Made by a program: the position numbers and the translations under genes. Under the pieces are notes generated by a model. That model made no database searches. It saw only the letters and a list, made by a program, of their open reading frames with translations, and was not told the origin of the DNA. From assembly GCA_045635805.1 (NCBI GenBank), contig JAZTWI010000011.1, positions 3,905-67,904 on the forward strand: DNA of 64,000 nt, written 5' to 3'. Origin of the DNA: Clostridia bacterium (lineage in GTDB: Bacteria; Bacillota; Clostridia; Christensenellales; UBA1242). The stretch's first letter is position 1. Every line of letters begins with the position of its first letter. Below are positions 29,534-41,391 of the stretch, in pieces.

Positions 29534-30131
29534 AGTCTCCACTATTCATATCTATCTGAATCTCAACAAAGCCCTGTGGAGCGAGACAACTAGGACATAT
29601 ATCCCAAGCAACCTTAGACGTGTGCTCAAATCCACAGCCACTACACTTCCATTTAACAGGTGTAGGACTCTTGTATAATTTATTACCTTTGAGTTTAGTG
29701 TAGAGTTGCTCTAGCATAAGCATATGACAATTTTCAACAGATGCGGCAAGTAGAAAAGCCTTCTCAATATCTGGATAACCTTCGGCTTTGGCAATTCTAG
29801 CAAACTCCGGATATATATTATCACTCTGTGACTTCTCTACTCCCATAGTATTTTTGATACACTCTAGCAGTGTCCCAGATGTGAATGAGTAACCACCACA
29901 TATTTCCATATTCTTAGTAGGACTACTAGAATACTCTGTAATCAAATCATAAAATCTCTTAGCGTGTGCCATCTCATTTTTTGCGTGAGTCTTAAATATC
30001 ATCTGCATATAATCGTAGCCTTCGCTCATAGCAGTCTTTGCTAGAAACTGGTATTTAGCACCATCTTGACACTCACCAGCAAATGCCCTACCTAGATTTT
30101 TCTTGGTTTCACTACTATCAAAATCAACCAC
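29532..30131 (-). CDS. rbr: Rubrerythrin (ferritin-like di-iron domain plus C-terminal rubredoxin-like Cys4)
   Basis: TKKNLGRAFAGECQDGAKY, the EMAHAKRF di-iron ligand motifs, and a C-terminal CSGCGF...CPSC. Confidence 0.85.
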   Translation of the reverse strand: MVDFDSSETKKNLGRAFAGECQDGAKYQFLAKTAMSEGYDYMQMIFKTHAKNEMAHAKRFYDLITEYSSSPTKNMEICGGYSFTSGTLLECIKNTMGVEKSQSDNIYPEFARIAKAEGYPDIEKAFLLAASVENCHMLMLEQLYTKLKGNKLYKSPTPVKWKCSGCGFEHTSKVAWDICPSCLAPQGFVEIQIDMNSGD

Positions 30132-30223
30132 TTGTATTACCCCCTTAACTTACAAAAATTATTTCCATACATAATGCTAGACACTTTTAGAAAAATTAAA
30201 ACCATTATTCTATAATTTTTTTA

Positions 30224-30251
30224 TTGACAAATCGAAAAAATAGTATATACT
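30224..30251 (+). promoter_or_regulatory. Promoter of the serS leader
   Basis: TTGACA (30224-30229), a 16-nt spacer, then TATACT (30246-30251). Confidence 0.6.
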
Positions 30252-30289
30252 AAATGTAAGATTTTTGAAATCTACGAAATATTATAGTC

Positions 30290-30564
30290 ATCTATGATAT
30301 AGGACGATTAGACTAATATTAGCCTTTACAGAGAAGTAAATATTTGCTGAGAATTTACTAGACTATGGCCTACTCTTCTACCTATGGAGATGTCTGTGAA
30401 AACAGGGTCTTTATTCACCTTTTAGACGCTAGAAAAAAGGTATGATAAGGTGGGGAAATTTTCCCAACTAGAGTGGCACCGTGGATATATTTTTTGATTT
30501 ATTCATCTCTAGATAATTTGGTATTTAAAAGCAAAACTTTAGCCAAATTACTAGAGATTTTTTG
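30290..30564 (+). promoter_or_regulatory. T-box riboswitch leader (serine specificity inferred) with terminator
   Basis: Stem I elements are AGAGA and a GCUGAGA distal loop. The T-box sequence is aacTAGAGTGGCACCGTGG (about 30467-30485). The terminator TCTCTAGATAATTTGG...CCAAATTACTAGAGA plus T6 spans 30506-30564. The candidate specifier is TCT followed by A at 30377-30380. Confidence 0.75.
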
Positions 30565-30658
30565 TTTTTAATAACCAAACAACATTATCTAGATATTGAC
30601 AATAAATAATACTTTTATGACAATATCTCAAAAAATAAAGACAGAAAAGGAGAGAATT

Positions 30659-31939
30659 ATGATTGATATTAATTTAATTAGAACCAACCCAGACTTGGTA
30701 AAAGAGAATATCAAAAAGAAGTTTCAAGATGCCAAACTTGAGACAGTAGACAAGGTAATTGCCCTAGACCTAGAGAATAGAGCAATCAAGGCAGAAGGCG
30801 ATACACTTAGAGCTAAGAGAAATACCCTTAGTGGTACCATCGGTGGACTTATGAAAGAGAAGAAAATCGATGAAGCAAACAAGGTAAAATTAGAAGTAAA
30901 AGCCATCAATGATAGACTACTAGAAGTAGAAAAATTGGAAGAAGAAAAGAGTCAAGAAATCAAGGCTCTAATGATGACTATTCCTAATATTATCGATGCA
31001 TCTGTTCCTGTAGGTAAAGACGATAGCGAGAACGTAGAAATCGAGAGATTTGGTGAGCCTGTGGTTCCAGAGTACGAGATACCTTACCACGCAGATATTT
31101 TAAATAAACTAAACTGCCTAGACAAAGACAGCGCTGGTAGAACTAGTGGAACAGGATTCTATTTCTTACTAGGAAATGCGGCTAGACTTCACGAAGCAAT
31201 GATTGCATATGCTAGAGACTATATGATTGATAAAGGTTTCACTTACTGCATTCCACCATTTATGATTAGAAGTGACGTTGTTACAGGCGTTATGTCTTTT
31301 GCAGAAATGGACGCTATGATGTACAAGATTGAGAACGAAGACTTATACTTAATCGGTACTAGTGAGCATAGTATGATAGGTAGATTTAAGGACCAAATCG
31401 TAAAAGAAGCAGAACTACCTATCACAATGACTTCTTACAGTCCTTGCTTTAGAAAAGAAGGTGGCGCTCACGGTCTAGAAGAAAGGGGTCTATATAGAGT
31501 ACACCAATTCGAGAAACAAGAAATGATAGTTCTATGTAAACCAGAAGACAGTATGGAGTGGTACAATAAAATGTGGCAGTATACCGTAGACGTATTTAGA
31601 AATATGGATATACCTGTTAGAACTCTAGAGTGTTGTAGTGGCGACCTTGCCGACCTAAAAGTTAAGTCTTGTGATATCGAAGCTTGGAGCCCAAGACAGA
31701 AAAAATACTTTGAAGTTGGTTCTTGTAGTACACTAGGCGATGCTCAGGCTAGACGTCTAGGCATCAGAGCAAAAGGTGAGAAAGGTAATTACTTCCTTCA
31801 CACTCTAAACAATACCGTTCTTGCTAGTCCAAGGGGACTAATCGCACTGCTTGAAAACAACTACAACGAAGACGGAACTGTTAATATTCCTAAAGTTCTT
31901 CAACCATATATGGGTGGACTAAAAGTTTTAAAAATTTAA
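30659..31939 (+). CDS. serS: Seryl-tRNA synthetase
   Basis: The start was set at the ATG at 30659, after AAGGAGAG. The N-terminus MIDINLIRTNPDLVKENIKKK is typical of SerRS, followed by a coiled-coil arm and class II motifs (FRKEGGAHG, GSCSTLGDAQARR). Confidence 0.9.
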   Translation: MIDINLIRTNPDLVKENIKKKFQDAKLETVDKVIALDLENRAIKAEGDTLRAKRNTLSGTIGGLMKEKKIDEANKVKLEVKAINDRLLEVEKLEEEKSQEIKALMMTIPNIIDASVPVGKDDSENVEIERFGEPVVPEYEIPYHADILNKLNCLDKDSAGRTSGTGFYFLLGNAARLHEAMIAYARDYMIDKGFTYCIPPFMIRSDVVTGVMSFAEMDAMMYKIENEDLYLIGTSEHSMIGRFKDQIVKEAELPITMTSYSPCFRKEGGAHGLEERGLYRVHQFEKQEMIVLCKPEDSMEWYNKMWQYTVDVFRNMDIPVRTLECCSGDLADLKVKSCDIEAWSPRQKKYFEVGSCSTLGDAQARRLGIRAKGEKGNYFLHTLNNTVLASPRGLIALLENNYNEDGTVNIPKVLQPYMGGLKVLKI

Positions 31940-31949
31940 TTAAACATAT

Positions 31950-31996
31950 GAGAGAACTATATATCGCTATACGATAGCAACGTTCTCTCTTTTTTA
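31950..31996 (+). terminator. serS terminator
   Basis: GAGAGAAC...GTTCTCTC stem followed by a T-run. Confidence 0.6.
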
Positions 31997-32100
31997 TTCA
32001 CACCCCTTGTTCAAACTCAAAAGCCATAAAAAATATAACAAAATATTATGTATAATAATATTTTTGTGTTAAAATAATAGTAAGTTATTCGGGGGAAGAA

Positions 32101-34077
32101 ATGAAAAAATGGACTACAGCCTTACTGCTAACAGGCGTAATGGCAATGACTACCCCTATCTTTACAGGGGATATTAAATTTAATAATTCAAATGTAAATT
32201 ATGCAGTGTCTACCACCCTTGGCAGACAGAGTTTTGACACGCCTTATGTAAATACTCTTAGGGGTGACGCAGACGAAGTAAAACTTAGCAACCCGGCTCT
32301 AGAGAATAGACTAAGAACCCTACTCTCTATACCTACCGACCCACTCAAGGTAAATAGCATTATTAGTAATTCTAAATACTATAACGAGAGCGACCCTACT
32401 AATGCAGAGAGAACTTGTCTAGACCTAAGTGGTACAGGAATTAGAGATTTAACCGAACTATGTCAATTCACTTGGCCGGAAACTTTGGTTGCGATTAACC
32501 TAGCAGGAAACGGACTTACAAATACCGACTTTACAAACCTTCAAACATTTGTAGGCTATACTGCAGGGGCTAAGGTTACAATCGGCACAGGAACTACTGC
32601 TAAAGAACTCACAGTTGCTAGTAATCTAAGTGGCATTATTAAGAGTATTAACTTATGTTTCAACGATATGGACCTTACAGCGCTTAGCACAAGCACTCTA
32701 AATAATGAGAAATATATCTATGGCGTACAGGGTATATCCCACCTAGATGGCACTAAATTAATACTTAATAGTGAATTAGATAAAACTAAATATTACTTTA
32801 GACAAAACGACTTAAACTTCATCTCTCCTTTGCTTAAGAGAAATGGCGTATCACTTAGTTATACAATTGGAGCTTTAAAAGGCTTTACAGATGACGGAAT
32901 ACTAGGAGAGATAGAATCAACTATCGGTGGGGTAACATCTTCTACTAGTGGTTACTATCACGGATGGACGCAAACCGAGAGTTTCTCTGCATTTACAGTA
33001 TCTACCAATAAAGATATCGTTGTTGAGAGAAAGACTCCATTTGGTTTGCCTAGTGACACTTTAATCAATGTTAGCCCAGAAATTGGTGCAAGATACGAAG
33101 TAATTGGCAACCCGGAAACCAAGACTATTGGTAATAAGACATTAAATATTAGAGTAACAGCAAGTAACGGACTATCTAGGGTAGTACAACTAAGTTATTA
33201 TGTAAAAGACACCGTCGCACCAATTCTAAATCTAGTTGGAGCAAAGACAATATATTGGAGTAAAAATAAAGCCTTTGACTTTAATAAATACACTTGCGCT
33301 GGTACAGACAGTGGAGATAAGATAAACGAAAGCGATATCTCTATGACTACCAACTTAGACGTTACTAAACTTACAGATAAAACACCATACTATATCAAGT
33401 ACAATTACACCGACGCCGCGGGAAACAAAGCAGAAGAAGTAATTAGATATGTATACATACAAGAACAAGCACTAGATACAATATATGTTAGGTGCAATAC
33501 CAAAGATACCTTTACAGACACAGATATTACACTCGAAGTTAAGCCTGATGATAATATTCCTATGAAAGACTACGAAGGCTTCTCGTTTACCTATAATTGG
33601 TATGTAAATGGAGTACTAGAGCATACAACCACAGGCGACTTCAATGCTAGAAGCACACAGAGTTTCATCTTTGATACAGTGGGCTTAAAAGAAGTAAAAG
33701 TCGTGCTTACAGCAAAGAAAGGAACACAAGTAATCGAAGTAGACAGCGAAACTCTATACCTAGATATTACAATGGGTATGAGCAATACAAAACTTATAAT
33801 CATTGCTTGTTCTGTAGCAATCATACTATGTATAGCATTCTTCTCAATCAGAGTAATCATAAAGAGCAGAAGAGCAAAAGCAGGTATTACAAAGAAATCA
33901 TCTAAACCTAGCAAGAAAGCTAAACCAGATGATGCAAAGAAACAACAGATAACTATTATTAGTGGCGTCAACCCAAATAACCCACAAGGTTTCACTGGTG
34001 CTGGCACCGGTGGTGGTAATGAAATGAATAGATTACCTGAAACCAATCAAGACAATGACCAGATGGGAAGACAATAA
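32101..34077 (+). CDS. Surface protein with leucine-rich repeats, Ig-like domains, a C-terminal TM anchor and a Lys-rich cytoplasmic tail
   Basis: It has a signal peptide, then the LRR stretch LDLSGTGIRDLTELCQFTWPETLVAINLAGNGLTNTDFTNL. An Ig-like segment (VKDTVAPILNLVG) follows, then the TM helix LIIIACSVAIILCIAFFSIRVII and KSRRAKAGITKKSSKPSKKAKP. Confidence 0.65.
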   Translation: MKKWTTALLLTGVMAMTTPIFTGDIKFNNSNVNYAVSTTLGRQSFDTPYVNTLRGDADEVKLSNPALENRLRTLLSIPTDPLKVNSIISNSKYYNESDPTNAERTCLDLSGTGIRDLTELCQFTWPETLVAINLAGNGLTNTDFTNLQTFVGYTAGAKVTIGTGTTAKELTVASNLSGIIKSINLCFNDMDLTALSTSTLNNEKYIYGVQGISHLDGTKLILNSELDKTKYYFRQNDLNFISPLLKRNGVSLSYTIGALKGFTDDGILGEIESTIGGVTSSTSGYYHGWTQTESFSAFTVSTNKDIVVERKTPFGLPSDTLINVSPEIGARYEVIGNPETKTIGNKTLNIRVTASNGLSRVVQLSYYVKDTVAPILNLVGAKTIYWSKNKAFDFNKYTCAGTDSGDKINESDISMTTNLDVTKLTDKTPYYIKYNYTDAAGNKAEEVIRYVYIQEQALDTIYVRCNTKDTFTDTDITLEVKPDDNIPMKDYEGFSFTYNWYVNGVLEHTTTGDFNARSTQSFIFDTVGLKEVKVVLTAKKGTQVIEVDSETLYLDITMGMSNTKLIIIACSVAIILCIAFFSIRVIIKSRRAKAGITKKSSKPSKKAKPDDAKKQQITIISGVNPNNPQGFTGAGTGGGNEMNRLPETNQDNDQMGRQ

Positions 34078-34079
34078 TT

Positions 34080-34430
34080 ATGGATAGCCCGATTTTTAAA
34101 TTATGCGTTATTTTAATTGTTGGTGTTATGATTATCATAATGGGTATATTAAATATGAGAGGAAACATCTCTGCCCTACACAAATATCACACCAAGCATA
34201 TTACTGAACTAAATAAACCTACCTTTGGAAAACTAACAGGCATAGGTCATATTATTGTAGGATTAAGTTTAATTATTAATGCAATACTATCATCTATTGC
34301 AACTATCAAAGATAATCCAACTTATGCGCTAATAAGCAATATAATACTTATAACAGGCGTTGTGGTAGGCATAGGAATTATATTTTATGCAATAATTAAA
34401 TATAACAAAAAAAACAAAACACAGGTTTAA
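34080..34430 (+). CDS. Small membrane protein (3 TM helices), unknown function
   Basis: 116 aa and hydrophobic. It starts 3 nt after the upstream stop. Confidence 0.55.
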   Translation: MDSPIFKLCVILIVGVMIIIMGILNMRGNISALHKYHTKHITELNKPTFGKLTGIGHIIVGLSLIINAILSSIATIKDNPTYALISNIILITGVVVGIGIIFYAIIKYNKKNKTQV

Positions 34431-34439
34431 TATAAGAAC

Positions 34440-34471
34440 AAAAAAGACCGAAAATTACTTCGGTCTTTTTT
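34440..34471. terminator. Bidirectional terminator (repeat copy 1)
   Basis: aaaaaaGACCGAAaattacTTCGGTCtttttt. Confidence 0.75.
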
Positions 34472-34514
34472 CATCTATGAAAGTTTTTGTGTTTTTGTCA
34501 ATTATTATTTATAA

Positions 34515-36266
34515 CTATCTAGTCATCTCTCTAGGTTGATAATAGAATTCTCTTTCTTCCTTCTTCTCTTCTATTTCTCTAGTTCTGCCTAAGTTTTTAG
34601 TTGTATCGTTGATAGATAGATTATCTTTGTTTATGCCAAAATCTCCTAATGTTTTGTCAATAAACCACCCTTCTATTGACAGACTATCAACTGCAGACTG
34701 TAGACTAGGAAGAAGGGAAACGATTTCTTCGTTAACAGATGAGTCTAGAGAAACTTTAACGTCATCGATAAATACTTCTACATTTTCTGCAGCATCGGTA
34801 GATAGAATTCTTACATAGTCTGCCACGCATCTATCTAGATATTCTCTACCGTCATCACTGTCATTTAGGATATTTTTAAGTATTGTTCTTAGTCTCATAA
34901 TCTGCTTTTGTTTTAGATTACTAAGAACTGAGCTTTGTTTAGTTTCTTTTAGTTCTCCCATCTTATCATCGATGATTTCTTGTAAGACTGTTGCTACTTC
35001 TAACCTAAAGTACTCTTGCAAGAATTCTTGAATATTTACACCATCTAGTTCGCCACTAGTTCTAAATAATACAGATGAGATTGCATTTTTCTGCTCTGCT
35101 CTATTCTTTCTTTTGTACACCCTATCTTCTTCGGTTGTAAATAGTCTATATAGTTTAGATACAAAGTCGTATTCACTAACACCTATATCAGTAAGGCTTA
35201 GTTGATATTCTGTATTTCTAGTTAGACACTTCTTTAGTTTCTTAACTTCTTCTGCTATCTCGATTTCTTTCTCTACAGACTCTCTTAGTTTATATAATCT
35301 AAAGAGAGCACCTTTATCTGCGCCACTATTTTCTTCCATCTCGCCGATTTTGTCTTCGATAAGACTAATTGCAACTCTCTCAACTAGGAACATTAGGTAC
35401 TCAGTTGGAGTATAACTTCTACCATCGGCTCTGAATATAACAGACTGCTCTTTTGCTACCAAGTTTTCTTTTAGCACAGTTGTTACTGCAGAATTATCTA
35501 TAGCAGATAGAGCATCTGTTCTGCACTTAAAGTACGTATCTCCATTTGCTGGTTTCTCACCAAAGCCGATATAATCATTTACTCTAGCAAGGAGTGGATT
35601 TACTGCACCCACACCATCAAATCTAGAAGGATAGTCTTCTCTAATACTCTCTATCTCTTTAACTACCTGAGTAGCATTTGAGTAGTCTGTATAGATAATA
35701 ACAGTATCACACCTATCGTCTGTATTTAGAAATTTAATAGTAGCAGGAAACTCTGCTAGATATGCTCTATCGATAAATTCTTTTACAAAAGGTATGATTT
35801 TATTTGATGGTAGATTGATATATAATCTAACAGTTGTATCGTTCTTTACTTTCTGACCATAGAGTTTATTGATATCGATGGAAATAAAGAACTTGTCTTC
35901 TAGCCTGTTTACATACTGAAAATCTATAGGTAGGACCCCTGCAAACTTACCACTCTTAATATAGTCATAACACTCTTTACCAGACATATTAGTTGGCGCA
36001 TAAAAGACACCATTAGTGATTTTGAAAGTAGCAGTATTTGTGCTATTTTGGTTTAGACAAAACCAATCTGCATATCTACTTAGCAAAAACTCATATATAT
36101 GTTTATTGTCAATAGCACCTGTGTTATGGGCACCAAGTGTAATAAAATATGTATATAAGTCTAATCTATCAGCATTGTCCTTAATAAGAGAAATAACCGA
36201 TTGGTCTACTACTTCTAGTGAACTTAAAAATCTTTCTTTCTCTTTGATACCACCTAATCTTGACAT
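34515..36266 (-). CDS. Uncharacterised 583-aa cytoplasmic protein, with possible HopA1-like core resemblance
   Basis: There is no signal peptide or TM helix. The segment VRLYINLPSNKIIPFVKEFIDRAYLAEFPATIKFLNTDDRCDTVIIYTDY resembles the pattern I associate with HopA1-family proteins. The C-terminal half is a long helical region. Confidence 0.35.
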   Translation of the reverse strand: MSRLGGIKEKERFLSSLEVVDQSVISLIKDNADRLDLYTYFITLGAHNTGAIDNKHIYEFLLSRYADWFCLNQNSTNTATFKITNGVFYAPTNMSGKECYDYIKSGKFAGVLPIDFQYVNRLEDKFFISIDINKLYGQKVKNDTTVRLYINLPSNKIIPFVKEFIDRAYLAEFPATIKFLNTDDRCDTVIIYTDYSNATQVVKEIESIREDYPSRFDGVGAVNPLLARVNDYIGFGEKPANGDTYFKCRTDALSAIDNSAVTTVLKENLVAKEQSVIFRADGRSYTPTEYLMFLVERVAISLIEDKIGEMEENSGADKGALFRLYKLRESVEKEIEIAEEVKKLKKCLTRNTEYQLSLTDIGVSEYDFVSKLYRLFTTEEDRVYKRKNRAEQKNAISSVLFRTSGELDGVNIQEFLQEYFRLEVATVLQEIIDDKMGELKETKQSSVLSNLKQKQIMRLRTILKNILNDSDDGREYLDRCVADYVRILSTDAAENVEVFIDDVKVSLDSSVNEEIVSLLPSLQSAVDSLSIEGWFIDKTLGDFGINKDNLSINDTTKNLGRTREIEEKKEEREFYYQPREMTR

Positions 36267-36428
36267 AGTATTACTCCCTATATATTAAATTCGTATTTGA
36301 ATTTTTAGGAACAAAAAAGGAAAAACCTTGTGCCACTAAACTATTGCATAGTAGCGCTAGATTTTTCCCTTTTCATTCTTTATAGTCAATTATGATTTTA
36401 CTATATTTTTTATCACTTTTCAAGTGTT

Positions 36429-39008
36429 TTATAAAAGTTCGCTATCATCAACTTTTTCGGTCACTTCTTCCGTCTCTGGAGCGTCTACTACTTCTGCAGT
36501 AGGCTCTACCATTACAGGCTCAGTTTCTTCAATAGTCTCTGCTAGTTCTTCTTGCTCTTTCTCAGATGGAGTAACTGCTACAGATACAATCTTAGCATCT
36601 CCCTTCATCTTCATAATTCTAACACCCTTAGTGTTTCTACCTATCTTATTGATTTCTTTAGCACCAACTCTGATTACAACACCGTCATCGGCAATTAACA
36701 TAATATCATCATCTTCGGTAACTTGTTTTAAATTAACTAGTTTACCTGTTTCTTCGTTGAAGATACCAGCCTTGATACCTTTACCATTTCTGCCTTGTAA
36801 TCTATAGTCGCTCTCGCTAGACCTTTTACCATAACCATTTTCTGTAATAGTTAACATATCGCTATTAGGGTTAACAACTGTCATATCAACAATAGTTTCG
36901 CCTTCAGCCATCTTCATAGCCTTAACACCCATTGTGTCTCTGCCTAGTGGTCTAACTGTATTTTCGTTAAATCTAATACATTTACCTTCACTACTACAAA
37001 TTAAGATTTCGTTATTTCCGTTAGTTAGGTATACATTGATAAGTTCGTCGCCTTCGCTTAGCTTAATTGCTATCTTACCACCCTTTCTAATAGATAAGAA
37101 CTCATCTGTCTTAGTCTTCTTAATTAGACCAAGTTTAGTAGCCATCATTAGATATCCACTGTCTTCTGGGTGAACAGGTATGATAGTTGTGATTCTCTCA
37201 TCATTATCTACTTGTAGTAGATTTACCATTGCTCTACCCTTGCTGGTCTTAACCGCTTCTGGTACTTCGTATGCCTTGAGCACATACACTCTACCCTTAC
37301 TTGAGAAGCACATTAGGTTATCGTGTGAAGATGTTACATAGATTTTCTCAACAAAGTCAGTGTCTTTTGTCTTATGACCTACAACACCTACACCACCCCT
37401 ATGTTGACTCTTATACTCAGATACAGGCATTCTCTTGATATATCCTGTGTGAGTTAGAGAAAGCACTACTGTCTCTCTAGGGATTAAGTCTGCGATATCA
37501 AGGCTTGTGTAGTCTAGGCTAATCTCTGTCTTTCTAGCAACACCAAATCTTGTCTTAATCTCGATTAAGTCGCCTTTGATAATCTCTAATACTCTTGCTT
37601 CACTAGCAAGGATTTCTCTGCACTCTTTGATAAATGCTTCTACTTCTTCTAGTTCAGCTTTTAATTTCTCTACTTCTAGACCTGTTAATTTCTGAAGTCT
37701 CATATCTAGAATAGCATTAGCCTGTTTCTCGTCTAGGCTAAATAGTCTAGTTAGTCTCTCTACAGCGTCTGCCTTGTCGGTAGATAATTTAATCTGTCTG
37801 ATAACTTCATCAATATTTGCCTGAGCAATTACTAGTCCCCTTAAGATATGAGCCCTTGCTTCTGCTTTGTCTAGCTCGTACTTAGTTCTTCTAGTAATAA
37901 CTTCCTTCTGGAATGTTAAGTAGTGAACTAAGATATCTTTAAGTGGTAATGTCTTAGGTGTTCCATTGACAAGTGCTAAGTTAATCGCACCAAATGAAAT
38001 CTGTAATTGAGTATGTTTAAATAAGTTATTGAGTACAACTTGAGCATTTGCATCTCTCTTCACTTCAACAACTATTCTCATACCTTCTCTATCACTTTCT
38101 TCTTTAATATCAGATATGCCTTCTATTCTCTTTGATTTAACTAGGTCGGCAATTTGAATAATAAGTTTAGCCTTATTTACCTGATAAGGAATCTCTGTGA
38201 TAACGATTCTCTCTCTGCCATTGTCTTCTTCGATGTCGGTCTTTGCTCTGATGATAAATGAGCCCTTACCTGTCTCGTACATCTCTCTGATACCCTTGCC
38301 ACCGATAACAATACCCTTAGTTGGGAAGTCAGGGGCAGGTATATACTGCATAAGTTCGTCTAGAGTGATATCTGGGTTATCAATAAGAGCAATAACACCA
38401 TTGATAACTTCGCATAGATTGTGTGGTGGAATATTAGTAGCCATACCTACAGCAATACCGTCACTACCATTAACTAGTAGGTTTGGGAATCTGCTAGGTA
38501 GTACTGTTGGTTGCATCTCTCTACCATCAAAGTTAGGATAGAAATCAACAGTCTCTTGGTTGATACCATTAAGCATCTCACCTGCGATTTTACTAAGTCT
38601 TGCTTCTGTGTACCTTTGTGCTGCTGGTGGGTCTCCATCGACAGAACCAAAGTTTCCGTGTCCTTCTACAAGTGGACAATTAATTGTAAAGTCTTGCGCT
38701 AGTCTAACTAGGGCATCATATATTGCTGAGTCTCCGTGTGGGTGAAATTTACCCATAACTTCACCGACGATAGTAGCACATTTTCTAAATGGCTTATCGT
38801 TGTAAAGACCAAGGTTAGCACCCATAGCGTAGATAATCCTTCTATGAACAGGCTTTAGACCGTCTCTTACATCTGGAATAGCACGGCTAACGTTAACTGC
38901 CATAGCATAGGCAATAAATGATTTTTCTAGTTCTTCTTTAACTTTAATGTCTAAGATTTTACTAGCATCTATTTTATCTAAAATTTTCTCTATTTCATCT
39001 CTTTCCAT
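36429..39008 (-). CDS. gyrA: DNA gyrase subunit A, with an acidic C-terminal tail
   Basis: AAMRYTE-equivalent region (QRYTEARL), DGLKPVHRRI, HPHGDSAIYDALVRLAQ and C-terminal beta-pinwheel repeats. It lies directly downstream of gyrB. Confidence 0.95.
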   Translation of the reverse strand: MERDEIEKILDKIDASKILDIKVKEELEKSFIAYAMAVNVSRAIPDVRDGLKPVHRRIIYAMGANLGLYNDKPFRKCATIVGEVMGKFHPHGDSAIYDALVRLAQDFTINCPLVEGHGNFGSVDGDPPAAQRYTEARLSKIAGEMLNGINQETVDFYPNFDGREMQPTVLPSRFPNLLVNGSDGIAVGMATNIPPHNLCEVINGVIALIDNPDITLDELMQYIPAPDFPTKGIVIGGKGIREMYETGKGSFIIRAKTDIEEDNGRERIVITEIPYQVNKAKLIIQIADLVKSKRIEGISDIKEESDREGMRIVVEVKRDANAQVVLNNLFKHTQLQISFGAINLALVNGTPKTLPLKDILVHYLTFQKEVITRRTKYELDKAEARAHILRGLVIAQANIDEVIRQIKLSTDKADAVERLTRLFSLDEKQANAILDMRLQKLTGLEVEKLKAELEEVEAFIKECREILASEARVLEIIKGDLIEIKTRFGVARKTEISLDYTSLDIADLIPRETVVLSLTHTGYIKRMPVSEYKSQHRGGVGVVGHKTKDTDFVEKIYVTSSHDNLMCFSSKGRVYVLKAYEVPEAVKTSKGRAMVNLLQVDNDERITTIIPVHPEDSGYLMMATKLGLIKKTKTDEFLSIRKGGKIAIKLSEGDELINVYLTNGNNEILICSSEGKCIRFNENTVRPLGRDTMGVKAMKMAEGETIVDMTVVNPNSDMLTITENGYGKRSSESDYRLQGRNGKGIKAGIFNEETGKLVNLKQVTEDDDIMLIADDGVVIRVGAKEINKIGRNTKGVRIMKMKGDAKIVSVAVTPSEKEQEELAETIEETEPVMVEPTAEVVDAPETEEVTEKVDDSELL

Positions 39009-39025
39009 AGTTTACTCCTAATACC

Positions 39026-40984
<1,959 letters not shown>

Positions 40985-41322
40985 TTATAATTAAACATCA
41001 TGTTTCTAGATACCAAATTATACCACATTTACACCACTTTTACAAATATTTTACAATATATTATAATATAATTTATTATATTAATATAATATATACCCTA
41101 AATTTGCCAAATTTTACCCCTAGGAGCCCCGATTTGACTTTTTACTACCACCACTGCGATAAAAATTATTTTTCGTCTCTGTCTGCGTATTTTTTTATTT
41201 CAATAAAATCACTCCAATAAAATTAAGAAAACCCTTATGAAATTATAAATAACAATCAAAAACAATTCTTTCAATAATCAATCGTTTAAAATCCCTAAAT
41301 ATAGCCATAAATTTACTAAATA

Positions 41323-41351
41323 TTGACAGCCTGAAATTTATGTGATATAAT
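41323..41351 (+). promoter_or_regulatory. Consensus sigma-70 promoter with extended -10
   Basis: TTGACA (41323-41328), a 17-nt spacer, then TGaTATAAT (-10 at 41346-41351). Confidence 0.7.
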
Positions 41352-41391
41352 CTCACTTGAAAAGTTAAGCTTTGGGAGAAAATGGGGAACT

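Noticed and set aside
36424-36807. A Ser/Thr-rich 127-aa plus-strand ORF.
   Set aside because: It lies entirely antisense to the well-supported gyrA C-terminal tail, so it is a shadow ORF of a biased-composition region.
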